Positions 53,404 through 64,000 of a DNA stretch of 64,000 bases are shown here, piece by piece. The notes under the pieces were generated by a model. The model was not told the origin of the DNA. It saw only the letters and a list, made by a program, of their open reading frames with translations, and did not search any database. Every line of letters starts with the position of its first letter. Position 1 is the stretch's first letter. Source of the DNA: Mytilus trossulus (lineage: Eukaryota); assembly GCF_036588685.1 (NCBI RefSeq), contig NC_086379.1, positions 33,852,001 through 33,916,000 of the forward strand, given 5' to 3'. A program made the position numbers and the translations under genes.

Positions 53404-54546
53404 GTAGTCACTTTTTAATAACGGTTTCCTTATTCTATCGGTTAACCTCAACTATTTTGTATACCCGTTTGATTTATTAAAACGCCGGATATCATTTTAT
53501 ATTTGTTTTGTATAGCAACCAATTTAAATGCGCATGTGTATACGTAATATTTGCAAGTTGGTATGCATACCATAATTATACATCCGATAGGATTCAAAAG
53601 TTATACAAGTATAAATGCAACACGGTCAGATCAAATGTTGAGAGAAGTATAAATGTAAAATCAAGAATGATGCATTTATTCCATTTTTTTTTAACATGAA
53701 ACACTGATTATTGTAACTGATGGCTACTGGGATGAAAAATGGGGAGGGTCGACTACCACAAGAGATAAGGGTTTGTTCGATAATGAGAAATGTTATGCTA
53801 TATACGGTCTCAAGTGTTCCGTGAATTGTATTAGTCGAGGACGTACACGTAGCATGCACCACTTTCACAAGGCACCAGAATTGGTCCCCATAACGACATA
53901 AAGATCGAATTCAAAGTAAATTGCTACGAATTATCGCAATGCTTTCTACTGACCCATGTATCATCTTATCTAAACTTTTTGTGTGTATTTTAGGTTTTTA
54001 GTGAAAGCAAAAACCGTGTTTTAGATATGTTATAACATTATGAAATATTGAGATTTGATTTAATTATTTTTAATCAGACCGGTCTCGTTTTCTTTTGCGT
54101 TAAAGACTTTTTTTTCAATGGTAAGTGTTTTAATAGATTTAACCGAAATATTGTTTTTGCGAGAGCCTAGGTAGACAAAACACGCTACAGAAAAAATGTT
54201 TAATCAGGGTGCAAATATATTTCATCATAATTTATTTATTTGTATCCCTTTAAACTATTCATGGGCCTGTTAAAGTTACCTAACAATGCTAACGTTTCTT
54301 GCTCTAAACTTATCCATTCATTATTACAAGGCATACAGCACGAGGTTGCACTGTTGCAAGGTTTCAAGGCTTACTATCTGCTCTTATCTTTTTAGGGAAA
54401 AAGTTACCGACGGTCCATCATAAAACATCCGTAGAAAAACACAGATAAAACCATGTCCAAAAGATAAACGATTAAAATATAAACAACAGGTTCGTTTTAT
54501 TAAAGATATATTAAAATATCCTCACACATGTTACAGTGTGAGTCAT

Positions 54547-57403
54547 TTCACGGTAGGTATAGCGTCCGGCTAGGATCGTGTATTTTCGAGTGATTCTGTC
54601 CATTTGTTTCGAGTGTAGTTCTGGCTTTTTCGAGTGATAAAACATGCGATAAGTTCAATTACCTGTTATTTCGTATTATTAATTCGTATATTTTAACTAA
54701 TTTGATTCGTTTAGGGATAGTCACATGTTAAACTATATTTTCGAAGGTAGATAGAAAAACGGCGGATAGCAAAAAGAATATTGACCGGCAAAAAGCATAT
54801 TGCACGGTTATTTAAAAAAATCTAATTATAGAAATCTGAAAACCAATATACTTAATGACGTATTCTCAACATCCAATCAAATGCTTTTCTGTAAAACTTC
54901 CGGTACAATCACAACAACTTGAACAAGTAGACGTTTACGATAAATGGCCACGAAACGAAGATTCGCATCCCTCGAGGATGAAGACGGGGAACATCTGTTA
55001 GAAAACGTTGATTCAAAAAACACTAAAAGGCAAACAAACACAGCTATAATTAATGGTTTCCGGGAATATCTAACAGAGAAAAGCCTTCCCTCAGGCACTT
55101 GTTTCTATCCATTGGAAGACCCACTATCAACGTATATTTACGAGAAGGTACCCAACTACTTTTTTTACCTCTCTGCTTAAAACCCTTATTTCTCTGTCAA
55201 TTCAGTCCCATACGCCATTCGATTCATGAAAAGTTTATCTTTCAGATGATATGCATTGTATTACCCTTAGAGTACCCCTTACCCCCAGTACACAAGATTT
55301 GGCAATGAATTTTCATGTGATCGTTTTTAGTCCTCCTACAAAATACAACTACTTCCGTTTTAGATAATTTGCATAAAACAGTGAAGGATAAGTCTATAGA
55401 GTCACAAATGATTAATGTAAAATCTAGAGAGTGAATGACCCTATGAACTATGAACCGACCAATCACAAGCGGTTTTGAATTTTTCTGCTTTTTTAGCATC
55501 GTGAAAGCAACGAAAATTTACATTTGCATGCGCTCATACCGCGCATTTAAGCGTGGTGCGATCGTGGTCTAGTGGGACTGGGGCTTAAAGTGTTTGTATA
55601 TCTAAAGCCCCAGTCCCACTAGACCACGATCGCACCACGCTCACCACGATCTAAAATAAATTCAGATCGTGGTGAGGTCGCGGTATGAGCGGCATGCAAA
55701 TGTTAATTTCCACACTTTCACGATGCTACTACTGTACGTCCTCACTACGCTTCTACAACGATCCCGCTACGTTTATACCACATTCTCACCGCGCTTATTC
55801 TTTGACCTCACTACGCTTATCAAGATCTTTCTACGCTCTTCACGTTCTCACTACGACCATACCACGAGTTATCCGATTGCAACACGATCTTACTGCGATT
55901 ATAGCACGTTCTTACCACGATTATACTACGTTCATACCGCGATCTTACTACGTTCTCAGCAATAACGTCAACATCGTGTTCCATATCAATACAGTTCCAT
56001 TCCTTCTATTTCTGATTAATAAGTATATTTTTCGGAAACGATACAGTCATGCCACCAAAATCTACTAGAATACGTGGGCGTGGTGGTAGGGGTTGAGGTA
56101 GAGGCAGAGGTAGCAAAGTAGCGAATCCTGATCAAGCAGAGATGTCGGACCGACCAATCCAACTTAAATTACAACCTATTGCTGGTTCATAAAGCTCAAA
56201 TGACGATATGTTAGTGAACGATAGCAGAGATGACAAAGATGTGTCAATAGATATAGGAAGATGTGGTATGAGTGCCAATGAGACAACTCTCCATATCCAA
56301 GTAACAATTTATAAAAGTAAACCATTATAGGCCAAGGTTCGGCCTTCAACACGGATCCTTGGCTCACACCGAACAGCAAGCTATAAATGGCCCCAAAAAT
56401 TACTAGTGTAAAATCATTCAAACGGGAAAACCAACGGTCTAATCTAAATGAAAACGAGAAGCATGGTTAAGCCGTCAGAGAAAATGGTCAAGAAGTCTAA
56501 TTACCGCCGATGCAGACAAATAAAACCTGGAGAGATTTAATATATTTTATGTGAAAATGACAATGAGAATGATGGTCGTAGTGTGAACGTAGTAAAGTCG
56601 TAAGAAGAGCGTGATGAGGACGGCAAGGGCGTGCTAGAATCGTACTATGGTCTTAGACAGCGTGATATAAACGTGGTATAGTCGAATTGGAAGCGTAGTT
56701 GGGTCGCGGTGAGAACGTGATGGTCGTAGTGAGGTCGTAGTAACGTCGCTGTGAGATCGTAGCGCAGTCTCTCTGAATAAAATCACGCTTTCGCTACGCT
56801 CTCGCTACGATGGTACAGCGACCTTTGCGATCTTACTACGACCTTAGTGCGCTCTCGCTACGCTTCTACTACGACCGGATTTCGCCACGACCGCGCCACG
56901 ATTGTTTTGAACATGTTTAAAGTTGGCCACGCTCATCACGATCTTGAAGACCTCACCACGACCGTTATACGACCTTACTACGATCTACACGATCGTACTA
57001 CGATAATCAAAATTTGCATTTTTTTCACAGATCGTAGTGCGATCGTGGCCTAGTGGGACTGCGGTATAATGATATATAGATTCCATGTTTTCATTTCCGA
57101 CGACATTTGCATTGGTACATTATGTGTATGAAAATGGCTTTATTCGGTATTTTGGAATAAAAGCACCTTTTGTAACGAAAAGCAATGTCAGAATGATGAT
57201 ATCTTTTTATTTCAAATGCTAACATTCCATGTATAACCTTGTATATCAAGTTTAAGCTTCTATATCACGTCTTGTTAGAAAAGAAGTCTGTTTGTATACA
57301 TTTTTAATCATATTCACTCGAAAAAAAGTGGTCACACTCGAAAAAGCCCGATCAAATTACTATAAAAACCACGATCCTAGCCGGACATTATACCTACCGT
57401 GAA
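54547..57403 (+). mobile_element. Crypton-like (tyrosine recombinase) transposon derivative with 34-bp inverted repeats and N-terminal ORF remnant 54944-~55095
   Basis: TTCACGGTAGGTATAGCGTCCGGCTAGGATCGTG (54547-80) vs CACGATCCTAGCCGGACATTATACCTACCGTGAA (57370-403), 32/34 match, with TTTCGAGTG subterminal repeats. MATKRRFASLEDED.EHLLENVDSKNTKRQT..AI..FREYLTEK resembles the N-terminus of Crypton/KCTD1/QRICH1-like proteins. Confidence 0.65.
55606..57066. mobile_element. Non-autonomous PIF/Harbinger-like element (TAA TSD) nested in the Crypton-like element
   Basis: AGCCCCAGTCCCACTAGACCACGATCGCAC / GTGCGATCGTGGCCTAGTGGGACTGCGGTA; TAA at 55603-05 and 57067-69; CTACG/CACG-rich subterminal regions. 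Confidence 0.75.
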
Positions 57404-58389
57404 TTTTAAAAGGTGTGATAGTAGAAGTTTACATTACTAAGAACTAAAACACAGCAACAACACTCTCTGAAGGAACGCACACTGCATGTTCTAGGTAAAC
57501 AAATCCTTGAATATCGCATAAAGATTGGGATAACATTCTTGATATTAGGGACAGCTGGAGGGCTGCTATAGACATGAAAATGTCGAGAAAGGAAAATTGG
57601 AACAGTTGTTATGTGTACCGTATTCAAAATTACCAAATGAATGATCAATTGATTAGTGAAATTATTAATTTATTAAATATAAAAATTTAAAATCTCAAAT
57701 ACATACATGTATGTGGTTAACATAATAGTTATCCATGCAATATATACAATCATTATTATTGCAATTTTAATTATTATTATTATTTTTTTAACAATTATAT
57801 GACAATTATTAATGTTTAAATTTACTAACCATAATCAGCCTCTTTCGAATGTTCAACTTCATACTATAGTAAATTTAATCAGGTTAACAATTCACCTAGC
57901 TGTTAACCTTTTCATGATGTTTGACACACTGTTTGTATAGTGTTGTACATACAATGTCAGTGGTCATGTTTGTAGACTGTAGTATCAAATTTGTTGTCTG
58001 TAACATTCAGATTCGGGACGAAATGACGACAAAAGTATTTGAAATGACCTTTTGGGACATTCAGTTTGTATGATAGATCTTTCAAAATTGGTAAGTTTAA
58101 TAATTTTCTAGAATCGAGGTGTTTGGACCTTGTCATTTTGCATATTATAACAAACTCCCATCTATACATTGTTTACTGATGGCTTGCTGGTTCAATGCCG
58201 TAAACATGTACCCCACATTATGTTTTATTCATTATTTAAAAGTTTGAAAATTCCATAATAAGTATTAAGTATTTTAACCTAGAGCAATTTCAAAACATAA
58301 TTAGAACTTATTGACGTCATTTTATTTATTATATATTCCATGTAGTGAGAAGTACTGAAGCACTCAAGTAAGTAACAAAATCACAGAGT

Positions 58390-58660
58390 AAAGGGGCTAG
58401 TTTCTCATGGCCTAGTTACCGTATCACCATGGTGATACGGTCTGATTAGTCAGAGGCTAAACGTCAGGTTCGGGTAAATCTGTTTACGGTATTTCTGTTA
58501 TTTCATTGGTTATAAATACTATCTAATGGCTTCTTCGTGGCTGTTTCCGGAATGATTCTGGGGGAAATGAAGTTCATTATAACGTCTGATTGGCTATAAA
58601 TGAGTGACATGCATTATATGTTCCACGCGTCCGTAAGTGGGGTCGGATTGAAATCATGAT
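58390..58660. promoter_or_regulatory. Candidate promoter: 24-bp perfect palindrome plus CCAAT boxes
   Basis: ACCGTATCACCATGGTGATACGGT at 58418-58441; ATTGG at ~58505 and ~58589; local CpG enrichment; possible splice donor AAG|GTGAGC at ~59165. Confidence 0.35.
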
Positions 58661-61600
58661 ACTAGGTGATAGGTTCATATTATGATAAAGTGTTCATTTG
58701 CCACAGTGATTAGTTATGATGATAACTCACGACAAACTGTCAATTTGGTGCATATTATATAATCATGTGACAATGTGATGATTTAATCTTGAAATTATGT
58801 TGCTATTTTGTTAAAAAAACTGTACATTTATGTATTTTTGCTATTCTCTAAAAATAGAACAGTAACGTGTATAATATACACTTTACACTGCGTATTAAAA
58901 CGGTTAAATGATTGAGATACTTTTGTGTTAGATATCTTCGTAGAAAGCTTAAATTTTAAATAGTAAATACATAAAACGTATGCTCTATGTATAAAACTAA
59001 TAACCATTTATTATTCATTGCTTTGACATATTGATTAGAAAAAATTAGTATCACGGAATTTACCGAAGATGTAATTTCGTTTCAAGCACTTTCAACGCTT
59101 CATTGATTTCTGGTGTAAATAAACAAACCCGACGATACTGATTAGAAGAATACAAAGACTACAAGGTGAGCAATATGTGCAAAGAAGCATACACCAAGCA
59201 TCACGGTATTGTTATTGGCAAGGGTTTCAGTGCACTATAGGATACTATAGTGTCAGCTGTTGCAAATTATATAAGTTAGCGTTTTACAATGCACAGCTCT
59301 ATATTTGACAATGACCCCCAAGGCAATCATTTATACGATCCTTCGAACCCAAAAAACTTGCAACACAGCGAACTCCCAAAAAGATGTTTGCATGTGGGGT
59401 AGACAGTTTGATGATCTTTGATGTACTCTTACATGATGATTTATTCTTTGGAGTTGTCATTAGACTGATTAAGAAGGGGGCCAGGGGGGCATGCCATCCT
59501 TTTCTGGGAAATTTGGTGGGCCTGCACTTATAAAATTCTGGATCCGCCAATGGGTTGTTGGACCATAATAGTCCCAGTATGTACACACTGGTGATTAGCA
59601 GTCATTATAAAAAAGAAGATGTGGCACATGTATGTCTATGATTGACAACGAGACAACTGTCTACAAGAGACCAAAATGACACAGACATTAACAACTAAAA
59701 AATGTATAGGTCACCGTACACTTTTTCTAGACCACAAAAAAGCACGTGCAAAATAGTCGTCCCAAAGAATTGTAACTTTTGAAATTGTTGTCGCGCGCTG
59801 AAACCCCCATGGGCATTTTCAAAAGTTGGCAGGTATGCGTACGGCCGTCAACAATCATCAAAGCCTATACAACATAGTTAGCTATAAAAGGCCCTGCTAT
59901 GACATGTAAAACAATTCAAACCAGAAAACCAACGGCCTTATTTATATAAAAAAATTGAACAAAAAACAAATATGTAACACATTAAAAAACGACAATAACT
60001 GAATTATAGTCTCCTGACTTTGGACAGACACATACATAAATAATGTGGCGGGGTAAAACATGTTAGCGGGATTTCGATCCTCCCCCTAATCTTGGAGAGT
60101 GGTACATGTATAAACAGTACATCATAAGAACGAACTATAAAAATCAGTCAAAAAAGGCTTACCTTAACTCATCAGATTGCCCATAAATATATCAAAAGCA
60201 CTGAAAATTTCATTTGATATGTCTGATTTCAATTTATTCACATCATCAGATCTTACACTTAGTATATTTTTTCATGATGAATATTACTATTTGGTTGATA
60301 ATGTAGGGAATCACTGACACATGACTGGAGAAGTCGCCCACTCCCACTTATTGTACTTTTCCATTGTGGCATCATATATTTTGTATTAAAACATCAAATT
60401 TTTACATGGAATATTTGTAATGTACAAAAATGTACATGTACAGTTTGTAATGGCGGACAGATACATAAACATATTGTAGCAATATTATAAGGTGTATTCA
60501 AAGCAAAATAATTAATAATAAATCAACTCAATGGATAGAAGCATACTGGTAAGTCAATTTTTTTTCCACACAGCATCTGCATAGAGCATGATAGTGATAA
60601 GATGTAAATGATAAAATCAGGAGATCAATCACTGGATTTAGAAGTCAAGAATTTTTATATTTTACTTATTTGGGTAGATACATGTAACACAACATTTATC
60701 GTGTACCTGTACGCTCAGTGTTCTTCATGAAAACTATCACACTGATTTTAAATCATTATAGGAAAGCACAGTGTATAAGCAAACATTTCAGAAGGCAAAG
60801 AGTCTTTTATAGGCTGATTCCAATAGTCTGTAAATTATCTGGAAAAGCTTAGTTCTTGTCAACTTCCTTATTATTTCAAACATTTTAATAGATGTCTCCC
60901 AAATTTGGTGTATTTCTATTAGATTTTTTCAAAGTCATTTTCATTTATTTTCAACCCGGCCCAGAAATATGTTTAATATTATAGCTGATTTAGAGAAAAG
61001 CCACCTGGGTCACCTCTAACAAAGGCTATATTTATTGTCAATGCAAACATTTTACCTGTTCAGCACCAGGGCCCCTGGCCATGGCTCTTTTTTTCATAAT
61101 TCATCTTGCATGTACATCTCCTTTGAATTTTTTTGCTTATTTGTTCTATGGTCTATCTATGCATATCTATCTATATACCACATTTTCATGGTCCAACAAA
61201 AATGTTTAAAATGTATACATTTTACTTTTTTCTAGCTTCTCGTGTGATAGCCATACCTTTTTGGTCACTATTTATGTGTTGCGTTTAAATATGAATTGTA
61301 ACACTTTACAGTGACTGAACAGGTAAAACAAATACTTCTCAAGAAACAGAAAAAAGAAGACTACTTGGAACAGCACCAGACTACATGTACATGTATGTAT
61401 GAATAAAAACTCAGATCAGAATAGCATGAAGGATATTATATGTCCTTGTCAATAAGCAAGGGAAGCTTTTAATAATAGTGGCTATTTTTTAATTTACTAG
61501 ATTTTTCATTCATTATCTGTGCAAATTTCAACATAATTTGTCATAAATTGAATTGTTATCTAACTTTACTCAAACTTTTAGTGCTGGATCCAGAAATTTT

Positions 61601-64000
61601 CATAATCGGAAACCACTGACTGCCTAAGAAGGGGCCAACTTCAGTCATGCTTCAGTAATTCCCTATAAAAACAACAAAATTTTTCCTACAAAAGGGGTGG
61701 CCCAGGCCTCTAGAAAAACCCTCTAACTCAACCTCTGACTTTTAATTTAATATGACAAGTGTTTCATTCACCAAAATACTGGTGCGTTTCTGTGATAAAT
61801 ATCATGCACAATTTTATAAATGAGACGGGAAAGAAGATGCACATGTGGTGTACCTGCACATGACAACTGCCAAATTTTTTTTTATCACAACTAATCATGC
61901 TGATACTGGCATTACCAGAGAGAACCAGTACACATCAAATGAAAAATCACAAATAACTGATACATATCAGATATTACAGAATTAAATATGTTTTAAATTT
62001 ATTACAAAAAAATGTGTTCTCAATCTTGTAGATAGATATTACTGGATCTCATATACATGAAAGTACCAAAGACAACTGTCTATCATGTCTATCCAAGTCA
62101 CAATTTAAAAAAGTAATCTATTAAAGGTTGTAGTTTGGTCTTCAACGCAAAGCTTGGTTCACACCAAACAGCAATTTTATACAGTCCATATCAATCATGA
62201 CAATGGCGTTTGGGGTTAAACATGTTTTAGTAGGTATATAATATTGCCATGGAACTTTTTTCATGAGAGTGTTATATTCTATAGAGTATTACTTCCTGTT
62301 TGGTGGAATAGTGAAATAGAAGTCAATATGTTCTTGCTTAAACCTATGTCGCTTTGAAGGTGTCATGATTGTCATCCTCAGCTTCAGCAATGTGTTACTG
62401 TAATTTGAATTTCAAAATGCTGAGCGATGTTTTTCGAAGCACTGGTCAACTCCACCATTGCGAATCATAAGACTTTGACAATCAGTAAATTATGGCGAAA
62501 AATATCTTCTTAAGTAAAGAATTGTCGCATAAAAATTACATAATAGAGTACACAGGAAATGGCTAAGTTCACATAGTCTAGTATGATTAATTATATTAAA
62601 AAAAAAACAAGCAAAAGGGGGGGGGGATGGGGCGTATCCCTCTACGTCCCCCTCTGGATCCGCCACTGCCTCCTGTTGTTGTCCATTTTGTCAAGTAGTA
62701 ATCCTCAAAAGTATGTTTACGTTATATGCTATTTTTATCAAGTTGATTATAAACACAGAATACATATTATTATAATATCATTCCCCATTTCCATTCTCAA
62801 TTTTATAAAGTCTCCTTCCATTATAACACGGGTACACCATTAATACAACAAAAATAACATATAAATAGAAAAAAAGCGCTATGTTTTCATATTGCTTGAA
62901 GTGCAATATTCCAATAAAAATAAACTACTCACAAACCACTGATCTCAATATAATCAGCTAAAATACGGCAAGCTTTTTAGAAAAGCTATTACTTGTAGTG
63001 ATTTAATTGTCTGAGAAAAACATGACTTTGCAGTTATTTTGTCAAATCAAAGGAGATAACGTGACAATAAATAGACATTAATCAGAGGCGATTAATTAAG
63101 TAATTAAGAGACGGTTTCTCTTCTTGCTCGTCGAAAGTGTCCGCTTTCACGATTCGTTGATTCGCCAATATTGATTTATCATTTACAAAAACCACGCATA
63201 ATAGCTTCCTTAATTAAGTTATTCGTGGCTCTTCTTCGTCTTTGTGTTGTCGTAAGGTTAGACACGATCTCTTGCCAGTCGAATACGACTAACCTGATAT
63301 GATATACATATTAAAAACATTATGTATAATAACTATGTCACTAGGAACTGTTTTCCTTTCTCGATCATCTAAGTTCGACAATGTTTCCAAAGAGTGTCAT
63401 GTAGATACAATCTGATTAATAATTGAAATGCATGATTTTTAGCTGTTATAAGCTTTGAACTAGCTGTCAGTAACTGCGAGTACTCTTAGATCTGTACTTA
63501 AAGTCTTTTTTGTTGTTGGGATGTACAAGTAGCAAGCCACGTCCAATATTTCCATTTTTATCCATCTGACGAGATAAGTCTTTTTTAACTGATTTTTATA
63601 GTTCATTCTTGTTGTACTGTTACACTGTCAAATGTTAGGGGAGTGTTGGGATACCGCTTATGTACATGTCTAACCCCACCACATTCTGTATGTGTGTGCA
63701 TGTCTTAAGTCAGGAGCCTGTAATTCAGTGGATATCGTTTGTTGATGTGTTACAAATTTGTTTTTCGTGAACTTTTTAGTACATTTATTATGCCATTAGT
63801 CTTCTTGTTTGAATTGTTTTACATTTGTGATTTTTTTAGGGCCTTTTATAACTCACTATGCGGTATGGGTTGGGCTCATTATTGGAAGCCGTACAGTGAC
63901 CTAAACATGCTACAGCTGTTAATTTCTGTATCATTTGTTCTTTTGTGCAGAGTTGTCTCATTGGCAATCATATCACATCTTACTTTGTTATAATTATAGT

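Noticed and set aside
55669-56068. 98- and 127-aa ORFs
   Set aside because: They arise from CTACG-rich subterminal repeats of a non-autonomous element.

Overview
AT-rich eukaryotic DNA with spliced genes and dense transposable elements; the repeat families suggest a bivalve mollusc, probably Mytilus-like (inference). The dominant structure is an 18-kb PIF/Harbinger transposon (1960-20024). It has ~30-bp TIRs, CTG on both flanks, a 4-exon DDE transposase on + with one frameshift in exon 1, and a convergent, intact 7-exon Myb/SANT partner gene on -. Its left TIR is joined precisely to an inverted copy of its own interior, at a CAG/CTG site inside transposase exon 1. This creates a >=4.2-kb near-perfect palindrome (arms 1-1959 and 2259-4223) that looks like transposase-made self-insertion and could yield hairpin RNA. 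Nested in the Myb gene is a composite KolobokP-like element with two identical 437-bp TIR-bounded direct repeats. Further right lie a decayed Penelope-like RT with hammerhead ribozyme motifs, an RTE fragment and a secreted WSC-domain gene. Intron 2 of that gene holds a Ginger2 derivative and a 440-bp tandem array of tRNA-headed units. The rest of the window contains a degenerate telomere-like tract, a complete 7-exon GPI-anchored EB/EGF-like gene, a Crypton-like derivative with nested MITEs, and many SINEs and MITEs. All gene models were assembled by eye from GT-AG sites and phase consistency; no database searches were run.
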